DNA of 64,000 nucleotides from Alphaproteobacteria bacterium (GCA_017535105.1 JAFXUI010000001.1:80945-144944); one strand, 5' to 3'; counted from the stretch's first letter, positions 26,029 to 37,933 are shown. The notes: generated by a model from the sequence alone, not told the origin. Made by a program: numbers and translations.

Positions 26029-27669
26029 ATGAAAAATCAAGAAGACGATTTTTTTGGTAATGTTGGCGCACAAGATCAAAAACCATCTGTTCCAGCAGGG
26101 TTGGAAAACGCCGAAAATAAAGATATCATAGAATATCTGTTTTCCAACGGTAATCGTCTGTTGACTGCGACGGGTGGGACAATGGAATTGTCCCGTGATA
26201 TGCAGAGTTTCATTGCCTATTTTTCGGGTGGTGAAATTATTATTTCACGTACACACCAATATGATGGTCGTGTGTTGGCGTTCATAGATTTATTAAAACG
26301 GCGTTCACATGTTGTACGCAAACCATTCTATTCTGATTTGGGTTTGGTTTCTGGTATTTATAAGGCATACGAAGGGCACATCGGCAGTAGTGCGCGTGGC
26401 GGTCACGAATATGACAACCAGATGCAGAAAGATTTTGTCGATATTATCGCCAAAGCAGCAGCTCAAAAAGTTTCGGATATTCATATTGAGGTTGGTGACC
26501 AAACAACAATATATTTCCGTATTGATGGCAGTATGCAACCAGTATTGGAATATAACGCGGCGTGGGGTGAAGCTTTTGTTCGTGCCGCATTTGCATCGGC
26601 GGATATGTCGAACGCGAACTATGCGCAAAATGAATATCAATCTGCACAAAAAGACGGTCGTACACCGTTGCGCGGAACGCGTGATTTATATTTGCCGGCC
26701 GGTATTTTAAGTATTCGTATGCAGTTTAATCCGATTGCATTTGGGTCGCGTTATGTTGTCATGCGACTGTTATACGATAACCCAACCGAAGGAATTAAAA
26801 CCGAACAGGAATTCAGTCCGTATGAACAAAAATTATTGATGCGTATGCGTTCATTTCCAACGGGTTTGGTAATTGTTGCGGGTCCAACAAGTTCTGGTAA
26901 ATCAACGACATTGGTACGCAATATGTCAATGATGTTAAAGGAACGTAATTATGAAATAAATATGATTACGGTGGAAAATCCTGTTGAACAAAAAATTTTC
27001 GGTGCACACCAAATGCCCGTTACAAACGCAATGAACGAAGAGCAACGTGACGAAGCGTACACCGAAGCATTGGCGGCCGCATTGCGCAGTGACCCCGATA
27101 CATTGATGGTTGGTGAAATTCGAACGCTGGCGGCGGCACAATTAACTTTGCGTGGTGCATTGTCGGGTCACAATGTTTGGACAACATTACATGCTAATTC
27201 GGCAATGGCGGCATTGACGCGACTGCTTGATATGGGTATCGAAAGTTTCAAGTTAAAAGAAGAAACGTTGATGCGTGGTTTAATATCAATGCGTTTATTC
27301 AAAAAGGTTTGTCCGCATTGTCATGAACCTTTGATTAATCACCCAGAAAATCCGGCGTATAAACGTGTTCTGGACGCATTCGGCGAAATAGGATTAAAGC
27401 AAGTGTATATTCGTGGTCCGGGCTGTGATTTGTGTAAAGGCACAGGTACACTGGGGCGTATCAAGGCGGGTGAGGTTATTATTACCAACAGTGAATTTTT
27501 ATCACTTGCGTTGTCGGGTAAAACAGATGAGGCAGTGAAATACTGGCTTGAAGAAATGGACGGTCGTACGTTGAAAGAAGCCGCATCAGAATTGATGTTG
27601 TTGGGTGTAATTAGTGTTGATGAACTGGAACGTTGGGTTGGATTGCTTGACAGACCGGGGGTGTATTAA
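26029..27669 (+). CDS. GspE/PilB-family secretion ATPase (T2SS E / type IVb pilus assembly ATPase; R64 PilQ / BfpD / TcpT-like)
   Basis: 546 aa; Walker A GPTSSGKSTT, Walker B DTLMVGEIR, His box TTLHANSA, tetracysteine CPHC...CDLC zinc motif. Confidence 0.85.
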   Translation: MKNQEDDFFGNVGAQDQKPSVPAGLENAENKDIIEYLFSNGNRLLTATGGTMELSRDMQSFIAYFSGGEIIISRTHQYDGRVLAFIDLLKRRSHVVRKPFYSDLGLVSGIYKAYEGHIGSSARGGHEYDNQMQKDFVDIIAKAAAQKVSDIHIEVGDQTTIYFRIDGSMQPVLEYNAAWGEAFVRAAFASADMSNANYAQNEYQSAQKDGRTPLRGTRDLYLPAGILSIRMQFNPIAFGSRYVVMRLLYDNPTEGIKTEQEFSPYEQKLLMRMRSFPTGLVIVAGPTSSGKSTTLVRNMSMMLKERNYEINMITVENPVEQKIFGAHQMPVTNAMNEEQRDEAYTEALAAALRSDPDTLMVGEIRTLAAAQLTLRGALSGHNVWTTLHANSAMAALTRLLDMGIESFKLKEETLMRGLISMRLFKKVCPHCHEPLINHPENPAYKRVLDAFGEIGLKQVYIRGPGCDLCKGTGTLGRIKAGEVIITNSEFLSLALSGKTDEAVKYWLEEMDGRTLKEAASELMLLGVISVDELERWVGLLDRPGVY

Positions 27670-27670
27670 T

Positions 27671-28741
27671 ATGAGTCGTTTGGACCTTTGGTATGCACGT
27701 TTAGTTTTTCGTATGAATACGGAAAAACGTATGGCGACACTTCGTAAGTTGGCGTCACTGTTGCGTAACGACTTTACATTAATGGACGCATTAAACCGTA
27801 TTGAAATGATTGAATCGCACGGTGGCACAAAACCCAATGAACCGTTCGCGATTGTTATGCGCCAGTGGCAGAAAAACCTTGAACGTGGTATGAGTTTTTC
27901 CGATACGACGCGCGGTTGGTTGCCAGATGATGAAACACTTTTGGTGACAAGTGGTAATATTTCTAATTTGGTTGTTGCACTTGAAAACACAACACGTGTG
28001 GTCGAAGGCGCAGAACGTATCCGCCGTGCTATGCGTAATGCGTTGGCGTACCCGTTGTTTTTGTTAGCATTAACATTTGGTATAATCGTTATGGTTGGAT
28101 TGTACCTTGTTCCGCCATTGATTGAGGTTGCCGGTAACGGTATTATATGGCGTGGTGTTGCCGGTGGCTTGATTTCTTTATCTGACTTTATGGTGGTAAG
28201 TTGGTATTGGTTTGTTATAGGTATGTTCTTGCTGTTCGTGTTTGTCGGTCTGTCTTTGGAAAATTGGTCGGGCCGTTTGCGTGCCAAGTTCGATAAAATA
28301 CCACCATGGAACATTTATAAAATTCGTATATCGGTTGGTTGGTTGATGTCATTATCATCAATGGTTGCGGCGGGTATTACAATGCCGGACGCAATGCGTA
28401 TGTTGGCGGATAATTCAAGCAAGTATTTGCGCGATATATTGGAAGAAACATTACACAATATCGCAAACGGTGAAAACTTGGGCCAGGCATTGTTAAATAC
28501 TGGACGTGATTTTCCAAACTCTGAAATCATCGGTGACTTGATGATTTACGCAGATATGAATGATTTTGATAAAAACTTAACAGCCATAGCCAATGACTAT
28601 CTGAATGATTCTGTGCGCAAAATGGAAGCAATATCGAATGTGTTAAACAGTATCGGTATTTTAATGGTTTCTGGAATAATCGCATGGGTGGTTTTGGGAA
28701 CGTTCCAGATGCAAGATCAAATCACAGCGGCATTAAGTTAA
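27671..28741 (+). CDS. GspF/PilC-family inner-membrane platform protein
   Basis: 356 aa from ATG 27671 (TAATATG overlap with the ATPase gene); two cytoplasmic repeats and three TMs, typical GspF architecture. Confidence 0.8.
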   Translation: MSRLDLWYARLVFRMNTEKRMATLRKLASLLRNDFTLMDALNRIEMIESHGGTKPNEPFAIVMRQWQKNLERGMSFSDTTRGWLPDDETLLVTSGNISNLVVALENTTRVVEGAERIRRAMRNALAYPLFLLALTFGIIVMVGLYLVPPLIEVAGNGIIWRGVAGGLISLSDFMVVSWYWFVIGMFLLFVFVGLSLENWSGRLRAKFDKIPPWNIYKIRISVGWLMSLSSMVAAGITMPDAMRMLADNSSKYLRDILEETLHNIANGENLGQALLNTGRDFPNSEIIGDLMIYADMNDFDKNLTAIANDYLNDSVRKMEAISNVLNSIGILMVSGIIAWVVLGTFQMQDQITAALS

Positions 28742-28757
28742 AGTTGAAATAAAAAAA

Positions 28758-28782
28758 TACCGGCAAATGCCGGTATTTTTTA
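28758..28782 (+). terminator. Bidirectional rho-independent terminator (CCGGCAAATGCCGG family)
   Basis: AAAAAAATACCGGCAAATGCCGGTATTTTTTATT. Confidence 0.7.
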
Positions 28783-28793
28783 TTGTTTTTTTA

Positions 28794-29363
28794 TTACACC
28801 ATAAATGGCAGATTTTCCAAAGTTCCTTCGGCCACACGGACGTTTACGTCAATCATCATAAACACTGAATCTGGTGTTTTTGGAAAGTCGCCAGAAAAGA
28901 GCGAAGTGTCCAACAAGTGCGAAGTGTTGACCGATATTTTGGTTATTAAATGGTCATCGTCCAGAAGTGTATAAATTGGCCCAATATCACGTGGTGTGTT
29001 TTCGCCAATTTCGTGTTCATTTTGCGGACAACGCAAACCATCAAACAATGTTTTAATGCGGTTATCAATATCAGAACGTGAAACGCCGACAATTTCGGGG
29101 TGTAACATTTGGATATCCAGTTCCGCAATAAGTTTCAAACTGGGGGTTATAATTGGGTTCCAATCAATTCCGCCAATATGCCGGGTAATAATCGGGCTTT
29201 TTGTTGGATTTGGCATCATAAATTGGGTCAATTTGTCCCATGGGCTGTGTTCAATCAGTTTCTTTAATTGTGGGTGAAACTGCATACGAATATCAGATAT
29301 ATGCTGGGCGCGCTTTTTTGGGTTCACCAAAATGTCGCCAAAGTATAATAACTTGAATTTCAT
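28794..29363 (-). CDS. Hypothetical protein (189 aa), second gene of a two-gene overlapping module
   Basis: ORF MKFKLLYFGDILVNPKKRAQHISDIRMQF...; ATGA overlap with the upstream 86-aa gene; no recognisable motif. Confidence 0.55.
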   Translation of the reverse strand: MKFKLLYFGDILVNPKKRAQHISDIRMQFHPQLKKLIEHSPWDKLTQFMMPNPTKSPIITRHIGGIDWNPIITPSLKLIAELDIQMLHPEIVGVSRSDIDNRIKTLFDGLRCPQNEHEIGENTPRDIGPIYTLLDDDHLITKISVNTSHLLDTSLFSGDFPKTPDSVFMMIDVNVRVAEGTLENLPFMV

Positions 29364-29620
29364 TTGTTCTTTCCTTTGATTTCGTTCAATATTTCAATGA
29401 ATTTTTGTTGGGCGGGTTCTTCTGGGCGCAGATGAAGCCGGCCGTGGTCAGACGTAATTATTTCGTATAATCTGTTACTTACCTTTACTGTGGCGCGCCG
29501 CAAATATGCCTTTTTCATTGCTTTTTCAACAAGTTCGCGTTCTTCTTCGTGCTTTTTCGCATATTGCGGACCGGTCAAAAAATCGGCCTTTGTAAAGTAT
29601 TGAGATTTTGCTGCTGGCAT
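29360..29620 (-). CDS. Hypothetical small protein (86 aa), first gene of the two-gene module
   Basis: MPAAKSQYFTKADFLTGPQYAKKHEEERELVEKAMKKAYLRRATVKVSNRLYEIITSDHGRLHLRPEE...; 4-nt overlap with downstream gene. Confidence 0.5.
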   Translation of the reverse strand: MPAAKSQYFTKADFLTGPQYAKKHEEERELVEKAMKKAYLRRATVKVSNRLYEIITSDHGRLHLRPEEPAQQKFIEILNEIKGKNK

Positions 29621-29693
29621 AGTGTTTTTCCCCTTAGTTTTTTGTTATTTTCCTTGAAAATTATACCATAAATTGCTATCTTTTACACGTTAA

Positions 29694-32111
<2,418 letters not shown>

Positions 32112-32132
32112 AACACAACAAAGGGGTGGGGG

Positions 32133-32459
32133 ATGGCAGAATACAAAATCTCGGACGATGGAACGATTGTCTATGAAGATAGGGTGTCATTATCGTCCGA
32201 GAAAACGCCAGAAGAAGAGATGTATGCGGAATACAATAAACTGGTGTACGATGTAATTGATCACCCCGAACGTTTTACCACCGCAGAAATTGTCGCAAAA
32301 AAACAGCGTATGAAGGAAATAGAAGCAAGCGGTGTAAAACTGAACAATGACAAAGCCTTAAAATTCAAAATGGCGCGTATTCCAATTAAACAACAACCGG
32401 TTGATGGCGCAAATGTTTTGACAGCGCATATAGCAAAGTTTAAAAAAGAAAATGATTAG
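32133..32459 (+). CDS. Hypothetical protein (108 aa)
   Basis: AAAGGGGTGGGGG RBS; ORF overlaps next gene by 8 nt. Confidence 0.5.
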   Translation: MAEYKISDDGTIVYEDRVSLSSEKTPEEEMYAEYNKLVYDVIDHPERFTTAEIVAKKQRMKEIEASGVKLNNDKALKFKMARIPIKQQPVDGANVLTAHIAKFKKEND

Positions 32460-33096
32460 TTTTTCAAAAGATTGGTTTATAAATCTGGAATCACAAATTC
32501 GTGAAATGCACGCCGATTCTGATGCCCAAAGTTTTGATGAAATAAAAAACAATTTATCACACCCGAAAAAATTTAACCCGACCGAATTTGCCGATATGTG
32601 TGCTTATGTGATTTTGGCGGGTGGCTTTTCACAAAAAACAGCGAAAAAGATTCATTCGAAAATTACCGAACACTTACATAAAAATGGTTCGGATGTTGAT
32701 GGGTTGTTGGCGCTGTTTAATAACAAAAATAAAATAAATGCGATTGTGAAAATCTGGAACGATAAAGACGCGCTGTGCCGCGCATATTACGGCATAGACG
32801 GTTTAGATGAAAAGTTAGATTTTTTATCAAAATTGCCACATGTTGGAAAAATTACAGCAAATCATTTGGCGCGCAACTTGGGTGAAAATGTTGTGAAATA
32901 TGATATCTGGATTCAGCGTCTGGGGGGCGCATACGCAAACAAAAGTTTTAATGTTGATAATGGAAAATTAAATCCAGAAATAAAAAAAGCGTGCGATGAG
33001 ATGTTTGCGAAATTGTCGCGCGAAACGGGTTTGCCAATCGGCTATATTGATGTGGTATTATGGAAAGCATGTCAAATTGGTTTGGTAAAATTATAG
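32452..33096 (+). CDS. HhH-GPD superfamily DNA glycosylase (3-methyladenine glycosylase MagIII/AlkA-like)
   Basis: Helix-hairpin-helix LPHVGKITANHLARNLG; 214 aa. Confidence 0.6.
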   Translation: MISFSKDWFINLESQIREMHADSDAQSFDEIKNNLSHPKKFNPTEFADMCAYVILAGGFSQKTAKKIHSKITEHLHKNGSDVDGLLALFNNKNKINAIVKIWNDKDALCRAYYGIDGLDEKLDFLSKLPHVGKITANHLARNLGENVVKYDIWIQRLGGAYANKSFNVDNGKLNPEIKKACDEMFAKLSRETGLPIGYIDVVLWKACQIGLVKL

Positions 33097-33099
33097 GAC

Positions 33100-33768
33100 T
33101 TGGATATGGACGTAAAAATAGAACAATCTTGGAAAGATGCACTGTCAGCGGAATTTGATAAAGATTATTTTATCAAATTGACCGACTTTGTCCGCAACGA
33201 ATATAAATCTGGCAAACAGATTTTTCCGGCGGCAAAAAACATCTTTAATGCGTTCAACCTGTGTCCGCTTTCCGATGTGCGCGTTGTGATAATCGGTCAA
33301 GACCCGTATCATGAACCCGGCCAAGCGCACGGCTTGTGTTTTTCTGTATTGCCACCAACACCAATTCCGCCATCGTTGCAAAATATTTATAAAGAAATAG
33401 AAAATGATTTGGGGCGACCATCATCAACACATGGTGATTTGACCCATTGGGCAGAGCAGGGTGTGCTGTTATTAAATGCAACATTGACTGTTCGGGCACA
33501 CGCGGCGGCATCACACGCGGGAATGGGCTGGGAGCAATTTACCGATGCGGTAATCGCGGAATGCGCAAAGCGTGAAAACATTGTTTATATGCTGTGGGGC
33601 AGTTATGCGCAACGCAAGGCGCAAATTGTTGATGCAAATAAAAACCTTGTCCTGAAAAGTGTTCACCCGTCACCATTATCGGCATATCACGGATTTTTTG
33701 GTAATCATCATTTCAGCCAGGCAAATGAATATCTGGTTGCGCATGGCAAACAACCGATAGATTGGTAA
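33100..33768 (+). CDS. ung: Uracil-DNA glycosylase (family 1)
   Basis: VIIGQDPYHEPGQAHGL water-activating loop, HPSPLS, 222 aa. Confidence 0.9.
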   Translation: MDMDVKIEQSWKDALSAEFDKDYFIKLTDFVRNEYKSGKQIFPAAKNIFNAFNLCPLSDVRVVIIGQDPYHEPGQAHGLCFSVLPPTPIPPSLQNIYKEIENDLGRPSSTHGDLTHWAEQGVLLLNATLTVRAHAAASHAGMGWEQFTDAVIAECAKRENIVYMLWGSYAQRKAQIVDANKNLVLKSVHPSPLSAYHGFFGNHHFSQANEYLVAHGKQPIDW

Positions 33769-33775
33769 TTGTTGC

Positions 33776-33803
33776 TTGCAATCGCAAAAATGTCTGTTAT
33801 AAT
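33776..33803 (+). promoter_or_regulatory. Promoter for tRNA-Met: TTGCAA-16 nt-TGtTATAAT
   Basis: -35 33776-33781, extended -10 33795-33803, tRNA 5' end at 33815. Confidence 0.55.
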
Positions 33804-33814
33804 GCGTACGCTTT

Positions 33815-33891
33815 GGCGGGATAGCTCAGCTGGTTAGAGCAGTGGAATCATAATCCACGTGTCGGGGGTCCGAGTCCCTCTCCCGCTACCA
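33815..33891 (+). tRNA. tRNA with anticodon CAT (elongator Met or lysidine-modified Ile2)
   Basis: GGCGGGATAGCTCAGCTGGTTAGAGCAGTGGAATCATAATCCACGTGTCGGGGGTCCGAGTCCCTCTCCCGCTACCA; cloverleaf with G1:T72 and one T-stem wobble; T-loop TCCGAGT (C at position 55). Confidence 0.8.
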
Positions 33892-33905
33892 CTAATTTAA
33901 AAAAA

Positions 33906-33928
33906 CACCGGCATTTGCCGGTGTTTTT
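33906..33928 (+). terminator. Bidirectional terminator (CCGGCATTTGCCGG family)
   Basis: AAAAACACCGGCATTTGCCGGTGTTTTTAC. Confidence 0.7.
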
Positions 33929-34289
33929 ACATAAGGAATATCAGGTATATCCACAATAACACAACAGATGTGATTGTTATAAAGACAATCGCACTGCCGA
34001 TGTCTTTGGCGCGTTTAGACAGTTTGTTCTTTTCCGGACCAATACGATCAACAACCGTTTCAATCGCGGTGTTGATAAGTTCTGCAAGTATGATAAAGAC
34101 CAAAGAAAATATCATCAAAATATGCGATATTGTTGGCACGTCTATGAAGAACTGTATTGCGATACCAATAATACAAAGAATTAAATCTTGGCGAAAGGCA
34201 GCCTCGGTCCTAAAAACAGAGGCAAGGCCACTGAAAGAATAGCCAAAAGCGTGAATTATGCGGTTTATTCCGGTATATTTTGATTTCAT
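33927..34289 (-). CDS. dgkA: Diacylglycerol kinase (prokaryotic DgkA)
   Basis: 120 aa, three TMs, EAAFRQDL.. DgkA signature. Confidence 0.85.
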   Translation of the reverse strand: MKSKYTGINRIIHAFGYSFSGLASVFRTEAAFRQDLILCIIGIAIQFFIDVPTISHILMIFSLVFIILAELINTAIETVVDRIGPEKNKLSKRAKDIGSAIVFITITSVVLLWIYLIFLM

Positions 34290-35704
34290 TTCTTTTTCCC
34301 CGATGCAAGATAGTAATACAAATCGTTCTTTTGTTCCATATTTTGTTGTAATTCTGAATCGTTATAGCGTTCGCGCAGGGTTTGTATGTTTTCGCACCGC
34401 TTGGTCAGTGATACCCCCAAACCTAAACGGCAACCGTCAATTATGCCACCCGCAGATTCGATAACGGTTGGAAAGAAATCCATTGCGGTTATCGGGCGAT
34501 TAAAGTTGGCACCATCAAAAACGTTTGTGTTGATAAATACGTTTGATAATGTGCGATTGTCAATCTTGGTCAATGTTTCCATAAGTGTACCAGCGCTTTG
34601 TGCATGATCATCGACAAGAATAATGACTGCGGTTGGGTCGGCCTTGCGAAACCATTTTACAAAGTCGCCAATAATTTTATCGTCGCACATTGTGATATCC
34701 GCCATTGTTTCTTGGGGAAAACCAAGTTTACGACAATATTCGGTTGGATAACCTTTTAAATGGGTGTTTACCGTTTCCATAAATATAAAATAGGGCTTTT
34801 TAGATTTTATAATGTCTTGGATAATTGGTTTAGAATATTCAAACAATGTGCCATCATCAACACCACCAAATAAACGTTCGGGTGTTCCCATATTCTTCTG
34901 GACAATATCGGCATATATTTTTTCGCCGTCCAGTATTGTTTCAAAACCCATACGTCGCATAAAGTTTTCTTTTAATGAAAAGCGACCGGTTGCCGGAAAT
35001 ATAGACCACGTTTGATAGCCATTGTTTTGGAATATTGTGCCAATGCCGTCTTTGACACCAAGCATTTTTTCAATCTTTCTTATTCGGGTATAGAATAATG
35101 GCAGTCCAGTTGTAAAACCGGTTATCGCCGCGATTGTATGTGACAAACCAGATATAGAATTATAATTGTTGAAAGATATATTTTTCTTTTCAAGTTCGGT
35201 TATTTCGGGTGTCAGTATTGGGTTAAATACATCTGGGTTGCCGTATGCCTTTTCAATACTTTCAAGTGCGATAAACAAAACATTACGTTTTTTTGACCAC
35301 GTTATATTTACCATGTCGGGCGCAACATATTCTGATTCATAAAAGTTAGATTTATGAAAATTGAAAAAACTGCCCAGTTCTATTTTGCTGACCGACATTT
35401 CAAATATCAACCAGACAAAACACAGTCCAAGCAATATTGGCGCAACAAAACGTTTGGAACGAAAGATGTGGCAAATTATCATAATCGCGGCTGCAATTCC
35501 CAATGCTGGCATAAAACAATCTTTGATAAAAGACATAAGAAGTTCAGAATCAGTGCCGGTTGCACCGGTGCTTAATACAATTGCGATTTCGTCGAAATTT
35601 ACACGCTTGAACATGTGTTGAACCCAATGAATAGACCGCGTTAAAAACAAAACAAAAAATGATGTCGCGAATATTGCTGAAAGCCTTGATAGTGTCGTTT
35701 TCAT
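34286..35704 (-). CDS. Sulfatase/LTA-synthase-family membrane transferase (phosphoglycerol or phosphoethanolamine transferase-like); generates DAG for DgkA
   Basis: 472 aa; N-terminal TMs then alkaline-phosphatase-superfamily domain (LFIALESIE..., VDDHAQSAG); ATGA overlap with dgkA. Confidence 0.75.
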   Translation of the reverse strand: MKTTLSRLSAIFATSFFVLFLTRSIHWVQHMFKRVNFDEIAIVLSTGATGTDSELLMSFIKDCFMPALGIAAAIMIICHIFRSKRFVAPILLGLCFVWLIFEMSVSKIELGSFFNFHKSNFYESEYVAPDMVNITWSKKRNVLFIALESIEKAYGNPDVFNPILTPEITELEKKNISFNNYNSISGLSHTIAAITGFTTGLPLFYTRIRKIEKMLGVKDGIGTIFQNNGYQTWSIFPATGRFSLKENFMRRMGFETILDGEKIYADIVQKNMGTPERLFGGVDDGTLFEYSKPIIQDIIKSKKPYFIFMETVNTHLKGYPTEYCRKLGFPQETMADITMCDDKIIGDFVKWFRKADPTAVIILVDDHAQSAGTLMETLTKIDNRTLSNVFINTNVFDGANFNRPITAMDFFPTVIESAGGIIDGCRLGLGVSLTKRCENIQTLRERYNDSELQQNMEQKNDLYYYLASGKKK

Positions 35705-35853
35705 AATTCTTTTCTCTTAGGTTTAAGTATACAAGGATTTTAGTCATAAAACGCGCAATAAACAAATAAAAAATAATGCATATAAACAATTTCCAAAAAA
35801 TAATAGAATTTGATAAAATATGTACTAACATACCAATATCAAATGTGAGAGAG

Positions 35854-36597
35854 ATGAAACAAACACCAGTTGTATCTTTGGATAAAATTAATAAAAGTTT
35901 TCCACTGGAAGTGGGTGGTGAACAACAGGTGCTTTTCAATATCAACATTAAAATATATCCCGGTGAATTTGTTGCAATTATGGGGCCGTCTGGTTCGGGT
36001 AAGTCAACTTGTATGAATCTTATTGGTGCGTTGGATACCGCAACATCTGGGGTGTATGAATTATATGGGCGCGATATTACGACAATGTCACCGGACGAAT
36101 TGGCGACGGTTCGTAATGAATATATCGGCTTTGTGTTCCAGAACTTTAATTTATTACCAAAGCGCAGTGTGTTGGACAATGTTATGTTGCCATTGATGTA
36201 TCGCGGTTTGCCCATGACCGAACGTGTGCGGCGTGCGCGTGAAATGCTGAAACTTGTTGATTTGGAAAAGTTCGAAACATATTTACCAACACAACTTTCT
36301 GGTGGTATGAAACAGCGTGTTGCGATTGCGCGTGCGTTGGCGGGTGATCCGAAAATTATTTTGGCTGACGAACCAACTGGTGCATTGGACAGTAAAATGG
36401 GGAATGAAATTTTACGGTTTTTTAAGAAATTAAATAAAGAAATGGGTATAACGATTATTATGATTACGCACGAATTTGATATTGCCAGTTATGCTAATCG
36501 TATTATTCATATCTATGACGGACATATCGTCTATGATGGGCCGGTGCCGAAAAATGAATCTGTGTTAATCAAGGCGGAACAAAAGGTACGCAAGTAA
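35854..36597 (+). CDS. ABC transporter ATP-binding protein (MacB/LolD/FtsE-like)
   Basis: Walker A GPSGSGKST, signature LSGGMKQRVAIARAL, Walker B ILADEPTGALD; start ATG 35854 after GAGAGAG. Confidence 0.9.
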   Translation: MKQTPVVSLDKINKSFPLEVGGEQQVLFNINIKIYPGEFVAIMGPSGSGKSTCMNLIGALDTATSGVYELYGRDITTMSPDELATVRNEYIGFVFQNFNLLPKRSVLDNVMLPLMYRGLPMTERVRRAREMLKLVDLEKFETYLPTQLSGGMKQRVAIARALAGDPKIILADEPTGALDSKMGNEILRFFKKLNKEMGITIIMITHEFDIASYANRIIHIYDGHIVYDGPVPKNESVLIKAEQKVRK

Positions 36598-37814
36598 TGA
36601 CATTTTATGATGTTATGAAAGAATCTTGGTTGTCAATCAGTGGGAATAAAATCCGTTCTTTCCTGACGGTGTTGGGTATTGTCATTGGTGTTATGGCGGT
36701 TGTGATTATGGTTGCGGTTGGCGAAACGGTGCAACAATCAATTACAGAACAATTTTCATCACTTGGTACAAATACAATTATGATTCGTGCCGGTGCGGCA
36801 CAAAGTGCCGGTGTGCGTACGGGAAATCGTATGACACTTACGATGGACGATGCAGAGGCACTTGCGCGGTTGCCCGATGTTGCGGCGGTAAGTCCGGTTG
36901 AAAACAGTGGTGCCCAGGTTGTATATGGAAATAAAAACTGGTCAACGTCAATGGTGGGTGTATATCCGGGATATCAAACCGTCCAAAATATCGAAATGAA
37001 ATATGGGGCGTTCTTTACACAGTCGGCGGTTCGTAATGCATCAACGTATGCTGTGATTGGACCAGATACCGCCGAAGAATTGGGAATGCCGGAAAATCCA
37101 GTGGGCGAGGTTATCCGTGTTCGTAATACACCACTGACGGTTATTGGTGTGACAAAGGCCAAGGGTGATTCTGGAATGGGGTCCCAGGACGATATGGTTA
37201 TTGTTCCAATCACGACATTAAAGAAAAGATTGTCCGGAAGTCGTTTTCCAAACTCTGTGAATATGATAAGTATTAAATTATATGCGGATGCGGATAACGA
37301 TATTGTGACCGAACAAATCACGGCACTTTTGCGTGAACAGCATAAATTAAAAGAAACGGCTGTTGATGATTTTCAAATTACAGATATGAAACAAGTGCTG
37401 GAAACAATGGAAACAGTCAGCGGTTACTTGAAACTGTTGTTGGTTGCGATTGCGGCGGTGTCACTGTTGGTTGGTGCGATTGGTATTATGAATATGATGT
37501 TGGTATCGGTGACCGAACGTACACACGAAATTGGTATACGCAAGGCAATAGGTGCCCAGGAAAAAATCATAATAATTCAGTTCTTGTCTGAATCGGTGTT
37601 GATATCTTTTATCGGTTCAATGGTTGGGCTTCTTTTGGGGGTTGGTTTGTCCCAGGGGGTCGGTCGTTTTGTTTTGGAATATAATGTCCCGTTCAGTATT
37701 TGGCCAGTTGTGTTATCGGTGACGGTGGCGGTTGTTGTGGGCCTGACGTCGGGGGTTATGCCGGCGATTAAGGCAGCAAAATTAAACCCAATCGACAGTT
37801 TGCGATATGAATAA
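36597..37814 (+). CDS. ABC transporter permease, FtsX/MacB family with periplasmic MacB_PCD domain
   Basis: 405 aa; N-terminal TM, large periplasmic domain, C-terminal three TMs; ATGA overlap with ATPase gene. Confidence 0.85.
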   Translation: MTFYDVMKESWLSISGNKIRSFLTVLGIVIGVMAVVIMVAVGETVQQSITEQFSSLGTNTIMIRAGAAQSAGVRTGNRMTLTMDDAEALARLPDVAAVSPVENSGAQVVYGNKNWSTSMVGVYPGYQTVQNIEMKYGAFFTQSAVRNASTYAVIGPDTAEELGMPENPVGEVIRVRNTPLTVIGVTKAKGDSGMGSQDDMVIVPITTLKKRLSGSRFPNSVNMISIKLYADADNDIVTEQITALLREQHKLKETAVDDFQITDMKQVLETMETVSGYLKLLLVAIAAVSLLVGAIGIMNMMLVSVTERTHEIGIRKAIGAQEKIIIIQFLSESVLISFIGSMVGLLLGVGLSQGVGRFVLEYNVPFSIWPVVLSVTVAVVVGLTSGVMPAIKAAKLNPIDSLRYE

Positions 37815-37826
37815 ATATTGAAAAAG

Positions 37827-37846
37827 CCGGCAAATGCCGGTTTTTT
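37827..37846 (+). terminator. Terminator (CCGGCAAATGCCGG family)
   Basis: AAAAAGCCGGCAAATGCCGGTTTTTTATT. Confidence 0.7.
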
Positions 37847-37933
37847 ATTATGCCTAAATACATATTGATTTTTGGGCAACCGTCTATTAAAATGAAATCA
37901 CTTTAATTATAAGAAAAGTCAAGGAATACCGAA

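Noticed and set aside
33941-33949. DnaA-box-like ATATCCACA downstream of tRNA-Met
   Set aside because: Single near-consensus box with no cluster, no AT-rich DUE and no dnaA/dnaN nearby; not a replication origin
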